A stretch of DNA of 36,917 nucleotides from a virus (taxonomy: Duplodnaviria; Caudoviricetes), in the IMG/VR virus record IMGVR_UViG_3300031451_000008, positions 1-36,917 of that record; one strand, given 5' to 3'. The notes below the pieces were generated by a model. It did not search any database. It saw nothing but the letters and a program-made list of their open reading frames with translations, and was not told the DNA's origin. The position numbers and the translations under genes are program-made. This document shows, piece after piece, positions 1 through 7,648 of this stretch (position 1 is the stretch's first letter; every line of letters starts with the position of its first letter).

Positions 1-158
1 CGCACGCCCCATCGGCTACGCCAGTACGGACGCGGGAAGACAACGAGCGATGCGGCGAGACGGCGACCTTACCACCCTCGCGCCACCCTTTATCAGACAG
101 TTTCTTAGCGCCCGGAGCGCGATAGGCGGGCCACGCGCCCGGACGGAGAGAACCCCAC

Positions 159-1268
159 ATGGACCTGAAGGCGCTCATCGCGCGACTCATGGCCGATGGC
201 ACCCTGACGCAGATCGGCAACAACCCCGCCGCCGCCTACACGGATGGCCGGGCGCGGATCTACGTCGGTGCCTCGATCCTCCCGGAGCGGGACACCGAGA
301 ACAACTTCACCGACTCCGGCATCCGGTTCCGCACCGTGATCGCCAACGATGGCATGCGATACAGCCCGGCGCAGCTCAAGGTCGACGAGGGGCTGGTCGG
401 CTCGGTCAAGGTGGAGGTCGGGCACTCCGACATCGCCCGCCAGTTCACCGGGCGCGACTACGATCTGTTCCTGGAGTTGCTGAACACGCGCCCCGAGATG
501 GACGCGCTGGTGCAGCTCCTCGACTGGACCGATGTGACCGTCGGCCGCGCGCTCCGCGATCTCGACGAGAAGCAGCGCTGGCAGGCGCTCGTCGTCGGCC
601 AGGTCATCCGGCAGGGCGACAACGGCTACCAGGAACTCGTGCAGTACCCGAACCCGACCGGCCACCGCGTCACGATCGCGGGGGCGTGGAGCGACGACAC
701 CTACGACCCGATCCCGGACCTCCTGGCCGGGCAGGCGCAGCTGGCCTCCAAGGGCTACGTCGCGAACCGTCTGATCGGCTCGCGCAAGGTCGCCGGGATC
801 CTCGGGCGGAATGCCAAGGTGCGCCAGCGCGCGACCTCCACCCTCTCGGTGAGCACGAGCGGTCAGATCCAGGGTCGCCCGCCGACGCAGCTCGCCGCGC
901 CCGCGCTGAACGCCGTGCTCCAGGCGGAGGGGCTGCCCCCGCTGGAGGTCTACGACGAGCTGTACCGGGATTACAACGGCTCGCACCGCTTCTACCAGGA
1001 TGACGCGGTGACGATGACGGCGGCGACCGGGCGGGATCAGCGGATCGCCGAGGTCAATCTCCAGACGACCGGCACGTTCGATGTGATCACCGACACGCTC
1101 GGCTACACGGCGGTCGGTCGCCCGGTCGGCGTCGCCACCTCGCAGCGCGTCATCCGCATGTGGCCGTTCGACGACAAGCCGCCGCGCATCCACGCGGAGG
1201 GCTGGCAGGCGACCATCCCCGTAGTGACAGAGCCAGAGGCGCTCTGGGTCGGCACCGGGATCCACTGA
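159..1268 (+). CDS. Major capsid protein (phage capsid E-like family)
   Basis: 369 aa, GGAGAG RBS, strong GC3 bias; 'E.QRWQAL..G.V', 'W....DPI.DL' and C-terminal 'P.V..PEA' resemble capsid-E-type proteins; directly upstream of head-tail genes. Confidence 0.85.
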   Translation: MDLKALIARLMADGTLTQIGNNPAAAYTDGRARIYVGASILPERDTENNFTDSGIRFRTVIANDGMRYSPAQLKVDEGLVGSVKVEVGHSDIARQFTGRDYDLFLELLNTRPEMDALVQLLDWTDVTVGRALRDLDEKQRWQALVVGQVIRQGDNGYQELVQYPNPTGHRVTIAGAWSDDTYDPIPDLLAGQAQLASKGYVANRLIGSRKVAGILGRNAKVRQRATSTLSVSTSGQIQGRPPTQLAAPALNAVLQAEGLPPLEVYDELYRDYNGSHRFYQDDAVTMTAATGRDQRIAEVNLQTTGTFDVITDTLGYTAVGRPVGVATSQRVIRMWPFDDKPPRIHAEGWQATIPVVTEPEALWVGTGIH

Positions 1269-1323
1269 CGCGGGTACGAGCGACCCGGCATAGCGCTATC
1301 ACCGTAACGGCACGGAGGCAGAG

Positions 1324-1635
1324 GTGATCGATCCGAAGGCGACCTACATCTACGCGGGGGAGTCGTACCCCCCCGACCAGCACGGGCAGCTGCCGGACGC
1401 GGCGAAGGCGGCGCTCGCCAAGCGGGCCGGTGCGCCCCCCGCCCCGGCGGCGGCGGTCGCGCCCGACGATCCGCTCGCGGAGCTGGTCGGCGGTGCCAAG
1501 CTCGCGGCGGCGCTGCGCGAGGCCGGGTACGGCGACGTGTCGGCGATCCGCGCCGCGTCGGATGCCGACCTGACCGGCATCGAGGGGATCGGCGAGGCGA
1601 CCCTCACCAAGCTCCGCATCGCGACGGCGGGGTAG
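1324..1635 (+). CDS. Small helix-hairpin-helix domain protein (head accessory)
   Basis: C-terminal 'ASDADLTGIEGIGEATLTKLR' is an HhH motif; GGAGG RBS; follows the capsid gene. Confidence 0.7.
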   Translation: MIDPKATYIYAGESYPPDQHGQLPDAAKAALAKRAGAPPAPAAAVAPDDPLAELVGGAKLAAALREAGYGDVSAIRAASDADLTGIEGIGEATLTKLRIATAG

Positions 1636-1642
1636 GGCGGGC

Positions 1643-1993
1643 ATGGCGGACGCGGCGACGATCGCCCGACTCCGGCGCAACATCGCGGACGAGATCCGAG
1701 ACGGATACACGCCCGCGTATGACGATGCCGATCTTTCCGCGCTCCTCGGTGAGGCGGACGGGATCGAACCCCGCGCCCGTGTCGCCGCGCTCCTGCCGCT
1801 CTGGACCGAGGCGGCCTCCCGGACCGACTACAGCGCCGGCACAGGGAGCGAGAAGGCCTCGCAGTACTTCACGCAGCTCGGGCAGTTGCTCGCCGGGGCA
1901 CAGTCCGAGGTCGCGGCGCTCGATGCGGCGAGCGCCGTCGCCAGCCAGCCGCAGGCGGTCACGCAGTCGATCGCGACACAGGTGGTGTTCTGA
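1643..1993 (+). CDS. Putative head-tail adaptor
   Basis: 116 aa helical protein ('RLRRNIAD...YDDADLSALL'); position after capsid; stop overlaps next start. Confidence 0.6.
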   Translation: MADAATIARLRRNIADEIRDGYTPAYDDADLSALLGEADGIEPRARVAALLPLWTEAASRTDYSAGTGSEKASQYFTQLGQLLAGAQSEVAALDAASAVASQPQAVTQSIATQVVF

Positions 1994-2355
1994 TGAGCGT
2001 GACGACAGGTCGCCTCGATCGCTGGCTCGCCCCGAAAGTGTCCGCGTCCCGCATCGCGGACACCGCCAAGGAGATCGCCGCCGACCCGTCCGCCGTGACG
2101 GTACGCCGCACCGGGCGGGGGACCGACCTGACGCTGACGGTGGGGATCAAGCGGGTCGGGACGCGCGGCTCGCGCCCGGTGCGGACGACCGAGACGGCGG
2201 GGGTGCAGACCGACGTGACGATCCTCGCCATGCCGGGCACCGATCTCCGCAAGGGGGACCGGGTACGCGACGCGGCGAGCAATGTCTACCGGATCGAGTT
2301 CGTCATGCCGGGTCAGGAATGGCGGGTCGAGGCCGACGCGGTGGTGGAGGAGTAG
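1993..2355 (+). CDS. Putative head closure/head-tail joining protein
   Basis: 120 aa beta-rich, 'TDLRKGDRV.....YRIEFV' pattern; synteny. Confidence 0.6.
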   Translation: MSVTTGRLDRWLAPKVSASRIADTAKEIAADPSAVTVRRTGRGTDLTLTVGIKRVGTRGSRPVRTTETAGVQTDVTILAMPGTDLRKGDRVRDAASNVYRIEFVMPGQEWRVEADAVVEE

Positions 2356-2357
2356 CG

Positions 2358-2729
2358 GTGGCAACGAGCGGGATCGTGTGGCGCGCGGGACAGGCACCGT
2401 CCGACCTGACCATCCGGGTCAAGGCGTTCGGCGACCGCTTCCTCGCGGCGGTCCTCGCGGTGGGGCACCTCATCGCGGCGGAGGCCGAGGCGTATGCGCA
2501 GGCCAACGCGCCCTGGATCGACCGCACGGGCCAGGCGCGGCAGGGGCTGAGGGCCGTGGCACTGGAGTTGGGCGCGACTGCCGTGGCGATCGTGCTCTAC
2601 CACCAGGCGGCGCACGGCAAGTGGCTGGAGCTTTGTAACCAAGGTCGCTACGCGATCATCCTGCCGACTTTGGTCCAGATGTACGGGCGGGTGATGGCGG
2701 CGGTCCAAGCGGTGTTCGGGGGGGCGTGA
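2358..2729 (+). CDS. HK97 gp10-like neck/tail-completion protein
   Basis: GTG at 2358 after GGAGGAG; 'AEAYAQANAPWIDRTGQARQGL' and 'HGKWLEL...GRYAIILPT' motifs; the real gene is the 3' part of ORF 1719..2729. Confidence 0.7.
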   Translation: MATSGIVWRAGQAPSDLTIRVKAFGDRFLAAVLAVGHLIAAEAEAYAQANAPWIDRTGQARQGLRAVALELGATAVAIVLYHQAAHGKWLELCNQGRYAIILPTLVQMYGRVMAAVQAVFGGA

Positions 2730-2902
2730 TGGATCGCGACGAGCTACTGCGCCTGCTCCGCGAGGACCCCGAGGTGCAGGGCGCGGTCCTGGCGCTCCTG
2801 GCCGGGGCCATCAACGGGCAACAACGCCCCGCCGCACCGCCGACCGAGCGGCAGAAGCCGCAGTGGGTGCGGGATGCCCTGGAAGCGCAGGGTAAGTCGT
2901 GA
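2729..2902 (+). CDS. Hypothetical 57-aa protein (MDRDELLRLLREDPEVQGAVLALL...), not in the ORF track
   Basis: ATG overlaps upstream TGA (TGATG) and its TGA overlaps the next GTG; fills the gap exactly. Confidence 0.6.
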   Translation: MDRDELLRLLREDPEVQGAVLALLAGAINGQQRPAAPPTERQKPQWVRDALEAQGKS

Positions 2903-3348
2903 GTATCCGTGCGGGCATCCGTGCTTACTTGTTCGCGGACGGCGCCTACATGGCGCTCCTGCCGGGCGGCCTCTACCCCGACCCGACGCTGACGCTGCCC
3001 GATCAGACCGTGATCACGCGGGACGGCACCCCGCAGGCGTTCGATGACTTCGGCGACCTGCGCCCCTGTGGCGCGATCGTGGACGACGGGACGACGCAGT
3101 TCGGCCCGCTGCGCGACGCGGGGCAGACGTTCGTCCGGGTGCTGCACTGGCAGCAGGTCGGGCGCGACGCCGTCGAGGCGGCCGATAAGCGCGCCTACAC
3201 CCTCTTGCAGGGGAGGCGCCTGCTGATCGACGGGCGGTACTGCACGTTCCGCTGGGCGGGGTTCGCCCAATCCAACCTGACCGACCCCAGCCTGCGCGAC
3301 GCGGCGCTGAGCTGGTCGCGGTGGCAGATAACCCGTTTAGTGGCGTAA
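2899..3348 (+). CDS. Putative tail terminator protein
   Basis: 149 aa, 'IRAYLFAD...ALLPGGLYP' N-terminus typical of tail terminators; synteny before major tail. Confidence 0.6.
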   Translation: MSIRAGIRAYLFADGAYMALLPGGLYPDPTLTLPDQTVITRDGTPQAFDDFGDLRPCGAIVDDGTTQFGPLRDAGQTFVRVLHWQQVGRDAVEAADKRAYTLLQGRRLLIDGRYCTFRWAGFAQSNLTDPSLRDAALSWSRWQITRLVA

Positions 3349-3358
3349 GGAGGCGATC

Positions 3359-3742
3359 GTGAGCTTTGTGACCTACACGCGCGGCGCGGCGCACGCGCAG
3401 AGCGACCTGAAGGGCGGCTTCGCCCACATCCTCGGGAAGCGGGACGGCTTCTCGAAGGAGTACATGTTCGGGCGGGGCGACGAGGATATGCTCGCCGACA
3501 AGGTGACGTATACCCATGAGGTCGACGGCGACGACCTGGAACTCTTCGAGGACATGATCGACGACGGGCGACTCGAAAAGGATGAGTTCGCGGTGACCGC
3601 CGAGGCACCGGAGACGCCGACAGCGAAGCGGCGCATCGCCCGCAAGGCGAAGCGGGCGGCGGCGGCACAGGTGCCGCCCGCGTCCGGCGACGAGGCCGAT
3701 CCGAGTTCGGTCGCCGGTGCCGCGTCCGTCGCCGAGCGGTAG
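3359..3742 (+). CDS. Hypothetical protein
   Basis: AAGGAGG RBS, coding-like bias, acidic core and low-complexity tail. Confidence 0.6.
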   Translation: MSFVTYTRGAAHAQSDLKGGFAHILGKRDGFSKEYMFGRGDEDMLADKVTYTHEVDGDDLELFEDMIDDGRLEKDEFAVTAEAPETPTAKRRIARKAKRAAAAQVPPASGDEADPSSVAGAASVAER

Positions 3743-3750
3743 GGCGACCG

Positions 3751-3978
3751 ATGGGGCAGCAGGACGCGCGCGATAGCGTCACGATCGCCTGCCAGCACTC
3801 CACCCACTTCACGGTGGATGCCGGGGCGAGCGGCGTCGCGCGGGTCTACTGCCGCAATAAGCGCTGCAAGATACAGCCCGATGAGATCACGATCCACCAC
3901 TTCGATCTGACGACCGGGACGCTCCTGGAGACCCGCCGCTACGCCCGCCCATTGCCGGGCGAGCGCCCGAATTTGTAG
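3751..3978 (+). CDS. Small Cys/His zinc-finger protein, Mu Com-like candidate
   Basis: 75 aa, 'IACQHSTHF...RVYCRNKRCK'; directly upstream of major tail gene; Com similarity is inferred from size, Cys spacing and position. Confidence 0.5.
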   Translation: MGQQDARDSVTIACQHSTHFTVDAGASGVARVYCRNKRCKIQPDEITIHHFDLTTGTLLETRRYARPLPGERPNL

Positions 3979-4012
3979 CGCGTATGAGCGCGACACCCAT
4001 GAGGGTGTGCAG

Positions 4013-4558
4013 ATGACCTACGGTACCTTGCCCTTCGGGCTGAATAACGCGTGGATCTATCCCCTGAACGGCTCCGATGTCGCGGGCACCGGCGTGCAAC
4101 TGCCGGTCGGGCGGACGATCGAGGTGGCCCCGAAGGAGGACACCAACCAGCTGACCGGCTACAACGGCGTCGCCGCCAGCAACGTCTCCAAGACCAGCGC
4201 CGATGTCACCGTGGAGCACGGCGGCCTCAGCCTGGAGATCCTGGCCGCGCTCACCGGCGGGACCATCGTGACGACCGGGGTCACGCCGAATGCCACCAAG
4301 AGCCTGGAGGTCGGGCAGGCGGGCGTGAATCGCCCCTACGTGATGATCGTCGGGCAGGCGCTCGCGGACGATGGCGGCGATGCGCTGACGAAGGTCTGGA
4401 AGACGAAGTTCCAGATCCCGACCGGTTCCTTCAAGGAGTCGGAGTACTACGTCACCTCGCTGAAGGGCGAGGCGGTCCGCAACGTCAACGGCAAGCTCCT
4501 CCGCTTCATCCAGAACGAGACGGCGGCCACCCTGACGAGCACCGCGACCACCCTGTAG
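4013..4558 (+). CDS. Major tail (tube) protein
   Basis: ~181 aa; 'YGTLPFGL', 'GGLSLEILAALTGG', 'RPY..IVGQA..DDGGD', 'GSFKESEYYVTSLKGEA'; ATG 4013 preferred over GTG 4007. Confidence 0.8.
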   Translation: MTYGTLPFGLNNAWIYPLNGSDVAGTGVQLPVGRTIEVAPKEDTNQLTGYNGVAASNVSKTSADVTVEHGGLSLEILAALTGGTIVTTGVTPNATKSLEVGQAGVNRPYVMIVGQALADDGGDALTKVWKTKFQIPTGSFKESEYYVTSLKGEAVRNVNGKLLRFIQNETAATLTSTATTL

Positions 4559-4563
4559 CCACG

Positions 4564-4600
4564 CGACCGGGCGGGGCGGCGGTTCTGCCGCCCCGGTCGG
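4564..4600 (+). terminator. GC-rich stem-loop after major tail gene (terminator or mRNA-stabilising hairpin)
   Basis: GGGGCGGC...GCCGCCCC arms with outer CGACC/GGTCG; no U-tract. Confidence 0.4.
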
Positions 4601-4646
4601 GCGAACATAAATGACGCGCATCAACGCGAAAGGAGCGTACAGCGCA

Positions 4647-5165
4647 ATGGGAAACACCGGAAACAGCCGCGCCGCACAGTTCCGCCAGCGGGCGCAAGTG
4701 TCCCTGGCCCTACCCAGCGGGATCGAGATCGTCACCCGCCGTGCCGACTTCATGAAGCTGATGCAGCTCGGACTCCTCCCCGACAGCCTCAGCGCGATCG
4801 TCTCCCAGGCGATCGCCCAGCAAGCCTCTCGCTTCGGCGGCAAGCCGAATGAGACCGGCTCCGCTGCGATGGGCCAGCAGATCACCGATGCCATCCTCAA
4901 AGACCCCTCCGGCATGTTCTCCTTGCAGGACGCGATGCTCAAGGCCTGTGGCGTCGATCCGGTCTTCGTCGACAAGGTCACCGACCCCGAGACGCAGGTG
5001 GCGATCGAGGACGTGGACCCGCTCGACAAGCAATTCGTTTTCCAGTGGGCGCAAGGGGGTACGGCAGACATCGAGAAGTTTCGTCGTGAACAGCAGCGAG
5101 ATGTTCCTGCTGGATCAGAAGGCGAAGCGGTACGGGATCAGGCCGGCGCTCCTGCTGCGGATTGA
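4647..5165 (+). CDS. Tail assembly chaperone (gpG-like)
   Basis: Follows major tail; AAGGAG RBS before ATG 4647; 'LPSG..I..RR', 'DKQFVFQWAQGG...IEKFR'. Confidence 0.7.
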   Translation: MGNTGNSRAAQFRQRAQVSLALPSGIEIVTRRADFMKLMQLGLLPDSLSAIVSQAIAQQASRFGGKPNETGSAAMGQQITDAILKDPSGMFSLQDAMLKACGVDPVFVDKVTDPETQVAIEDVDPLDKQFVFQWAQGGTADIEKFRREQQRDVPAGSEGEAVRDQAGAPAAD

Positions 5166-5358
5166 CCCCGACGAGGATCCGCTCCTGGCGAACAGCCTGG
5201 ATAACGCGGCCTATATGTGGGGGGTCTGGATCGAGGGCAAGCTCGGCGAGACCACCGATAAGGGTGCGCAGAAGTACACGCTTGCGCAACTCCTCGACAC
5301 GCGCGAGGTCGGGGGAGGGCGGCGCTACGCCAGTCCCGGCAGGACCAGAGATCTGTAG
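5080..5358 (+). CDS. Tail chaperone extension (gpT-like), probably made by +1 frameshift or from ATG 5101
   Basis: Overlapping +1 frame 'FVVNSSEMFLLDQKAKRYGIRPALLLRI...LDNAAYMWG.WIE.KL' entered at AAG-TTT-CGT-C (5076-5085). Confidence 0.6.
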   Translation, partial: FVVNSSEMFLLDQKAKRYGIRPALLLRIDPDEDPLLANSLDNAAYMWGVWIEGKLGETTDKGAQKYTLAQLLDTREVGGGRRYASPGRTRDL

Positions 5359-5366
5359 GGGGAGTG

Positions 5367-5597
5367 ATGGAACGATGCCCGCGCTGCGGGGAGCCACTCC
5401 CCGCCGACGCCTATCTGGGACGCATGAAGCAGGCTTCGGGACGCGAACCCGCCTATCGCCTGCGCCATAAGCGCGCGAGCGGCAGGCGTTGCGTCGCCTA
5501 TGTCGGCCCGGCCTATCTCCTGGTCCTGCCACCGCGCGAGGAAAGCGGTGCCTCGGTGTTCGCGGCGGCGGATGCGCTCGGCAGGCGCGCGGGGTAG
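5367..5597 (+). CDS. Small CPxCG...H...C zinc-finger protein (paralogue A)
   Basis: GGGGAG RBS; 'CPRCG...GREPAYRLRH...RRC..Y'; similar to 27264..27512. Confidence 0.55.
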   Translation: MERCPRCGEPLPADAYLGRMKQASGREPAYRLRHKRASGRRCVAYVGPAYLLVLPPREESGASVFAAADALGRRAG

Positions 5598-5616
5598 ATC
5601 GACACCTCAACAGAAC

Positions 5617-5665
5617 TGCTACAATCCCCGCCACCCGGCACAGGTCAGGGTGACGGGGATTCTTT
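5617..5665 (+). promoter_or_regulatory. Extended -10 promoter (TGcTACAAT, 5617-5625) overlapping a terminator-like hairpin (5624-5660)
   Basis: ATCCCCG-C-CACCC / GGGTG-A-CGGGGAT stem followed by TCTTT, upstream of HEPN gene. Confidence 0.45.
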
Positions 5666-5682
5666 CGGGGCTGGGGGATGGG

Positions 5683-6090
5683 ATGGTCAATCGTGGCGAG
5701 TGGCAGCGCCTTTCCGCGATGCGCGAGCGCGAGGCGAAGGTGCTGCTGGACGCGGGCGAGTACGCGGGCGCATACTATCTGTGCGGCTACGCGGTCGAGT
5801 GCGCGCTGAAAGCCTGCATTGTGCGCGGTTTGCCGGCAGAGTCGATGCCGGAAAAGAAGGATGTAGACAGGTTTTACACGCATGATCTCGATCAACTGCT
5901 GACGCTTGCCAAGTTACGGGACGCATTCCTGACCGATGAGGATCGCAAGATCGACTGGAATATCGTCACGGACTGGAATGAGCGGGCGCGGTACCGCAAC
6001 GACATCACCGGGGCGCAGGCCGCCAGCTTATATCGCATCTGTACCGAGAGCACGATAGGAGTACTGCCGTGGTTACGAACAGTTTGGTGA
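5683..6090 (+). CDS. HEPN domain protein
   Basis: 'EAKVLLDAGEYAGAYYLCGYAVECALKACI', 'YTHDLDQLL', 'WNERARY' are HEPN hallmarks; ATG 5683 is the probable start. Confidence 0.85.
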   Translation: MVNRGEWQRLSAMREREAKVLLDAGEYAGAYYLCGYAVECALKACIVRGLPAESMPEKKDVDRFYTHDLDQLLTLAKLRDAFLTDEDRKIDWNIVTDWNERARYRNDITGAQAASLYRICTESTIGVLPWLRTVW

Positions 6091-6494
6091 TCGAGCCGCG
6101 CGCGGTCCTGACCCCGTCGATGATCGCGGAGGGCGAGGCGCTGGTGCGCCGGATGATCGAGCGCCCGGCCTCGCAGCTGACGGCGGCGTTCTGGCTGTAC
6201 CTGGAGGAGCGCAACCGCTGGCGGTTGCACATGGCCTTCCCGGGTGTCGCCGAGGAAGGGGCGCGGGCGGCCTACAAGCTGGTCTACGCGCAATTCCAGG
6301 TGATCGCAGGGCACCCGACATACGGCTTCCCGGCGATGGAGTTCACCGACATCGCCGCCATCGACGCGGAGGATCGCCTCGTCCGCGCGCTCCGAAAGAT
6401 CTACCCCGGTGGCGTGCGCGTGGGCATGGCGAGCGCGCGTCAGATCTGGCTCGACGATCACTACTTCGAGGGCGTGCTGATCTATCTGCTCTGA
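6069..6494 (+). CDS. HEPN-associated hypothetical protein (possible antitoxin partner)
   Basis: 22-nt overlap with HEPN gene; 'MIAEGEALV...AAFWLY.EE...WRL.......EG...AY' pattern. Confidence 0.7.
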   Translation: MVTNSLVIEPRAVLTPSMIAEGEALVRRMIERPASQLTAAFWLYLEERNRWRLHMAFPGVAEEGARAAYKLVYAQFQVIAGHPTYGFPAMEFTDIAAIDAEDRLVRALRKIYPGGVRVGMASARQIWLDDHYFEGVLIYLL

Positions 6495-6512
6495 TATTGG
6501 CCTGACACAACA

Positions 6513-6550
6513 ACGCCCCCGCACCGCCCTGGTGCCGGGGGCGCTGTTTT
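6513..6550 (+). terminator. Intrinsic terminator of the HEPN pair
   Basis: CGCCCCCGCACC-loop-GGTGCCGGGGGCG followed by CTGTTTT. Confidence 0.6.
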
Positions 6551-6564
6551 CACCGCTCCCGCGC

Positions 6565-6804
6565 TCACCGACGTCGCCTAAGCCCCAGGAAGCGCGTCTG
6601 TGCTCCCGGGGGGGGCATCGCGACCTCGGGTGATGGGACGACCATCGACTCGCGCCAGTGGCAGTAGGCGGCCACCGCCGCCGCGTGCAGGCCGGGGCGC
6701 GACGGGTGGCCGTCCGGCAGGCGATCCAGGAGGGCACGCAGATCCTCGAAGAGCGCGTAAGCATCAGCATGGCGGCGGTGCGTGCGGTCGTCCCCGTAGT
6801 TCAT
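6565..6804 (-). CDS. Hypothetical 79-aa protein
   Basis: GAGGG RBS before ATG; plausible helical sequence. Confidence 0.45.
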   Translation of the reverse strand: MNYGDDRTHRRHADAYALFEDLRALLDRLPDGHPSRPGLHAAAVAAYCHWRESMVVPSPEVAMPPPGAQTRFLGLRRRR

Positions 6805-6982
6805 GTGCCCTCGCGTTGTGCCGTGCTCCCCCCCTCGATGGTGCTGGTGCTACGGAAAGCGGCGGCGTGGAGATCACTGCCCCATCCTCCCACGACGGCT
6901 ATACTCCCGGCCTTGGCGACAGGGCGGGGAGTTGTTATGTGCAGGCGGAGGTATCTGCACGCGGCATAGCGGCACAAAGCGC

Positions 6983-7017
6983 GACGCCCCCGGCACCAGA
7001 GCGGTGCCGGGGGCGTC
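6983..7017 (-). terminator. Perfect 15-bp hairpin downstream of lipoprotein genes
   Basis: GACGCCCCCGGCACC-AGAGC-GGTGCCGGGGGCGTC, 13 nt past the stop of 7030..7611. Confidence 0.6.
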
Positions 7018-7029
7018 CTTGCTGTGCGT

Positions 7030-7611
7030 CTAGCGCTGTGCGCGGCGGTAGCCCGCCGCCTGCGCCGCGGTCTCGGTGGCGAAACAGTCCTCCGGCTTCG
7101 TCTGGTTGTACGATGCGCCACCGGGAACATGATAGATCATGCTGCTCCGGTTGCCCTTGATCGGGTAATCGGCGGGGCAGGCGCTCCCCTGCGGCGCGGC
7201 CCGCCCGGACCCTGCGGGCTTGGCCGGGGCGACGGCCAAGGTCGGCGGAGGTGCCGTGGTGCCGGTCGGTGGTGGCGGGGGCGCGCTGATCGGTGTAGGC
7301 GCTGGCGTCACCGTGGGTGGCGGCGATGGGGTGGCGGTCGGTTCGAGCGTAGGTGAGGGCGAGGGGGTTGCGGTCGGGGCCAGTGTCGGCGTCGGGGAGG
7401 GCGTGGCGGTCGGCGCGAGGGTGGGCGTGGGCGATGGTGTGGCGGTGGCCGTCACGGTGGGACTAGCGACCATAGCAGGGCGCGGCGTCGTGGTCGCCGA
7501 CGGGACGACGGTCAGACTCGGCACGACAAGGGGGACCGTCATTGTCGCGGGGGCAGCACCGCACCCCACCAGGAACACACAGAGCAGTCCCACCAGAGTT
7601 GTGTAGCGCAT
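7030..7611 (-). CDS. Lipoprotein with Pro/Thr linker and C-terminal Ada-like metal-binding small domain
   Basis: Lipobox 'LVGC'; ([12 protein letters not shown])n repeats; 'CP...[16 protein letters not shown]....CF.TE..A.AAGYR'. Confidence 0.8.
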   Translation of the reverse strand: MRYTTLVGLLCVFLVGCGAAPATMTVPLVVPSLTVVPSATTTPRPAMVASPTVTATATPSPTPTLAPTATPSPTPTLAPTATPSPSPTLEPTATPSPPPTVTPAPTPISAPPPPPTGTTAPPPTLAVAPAKPAGSGRAAPQGSACPADYPIKGNRSSMIYHVPGGASYNQTKPEDCFATETAAQAAGYRRAQR

Positions 7612-7648
7612 TTATTCGCCCTCCCCTTATACAAGGCTACTGTATCTG

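Noticed and set aside
1-108. Possible 3' end of a head-decoration gene ending '...LYQTVS*' at TAG 106-108
   Set aside because: Too short and no frame reads convincingly throughout; cannot be supported from this window
4611-5165. Canonical -1 slippery heptamer in the chaperone gene
   Set aside because: None found near the end, and the downstream ORF is in the +1 frame
7300-7460. Short tandem repeats resembling an array
   Set aside because: They encode the Pro/Thr linker of the lipoprotein; no unique spacers, so not CRISPR
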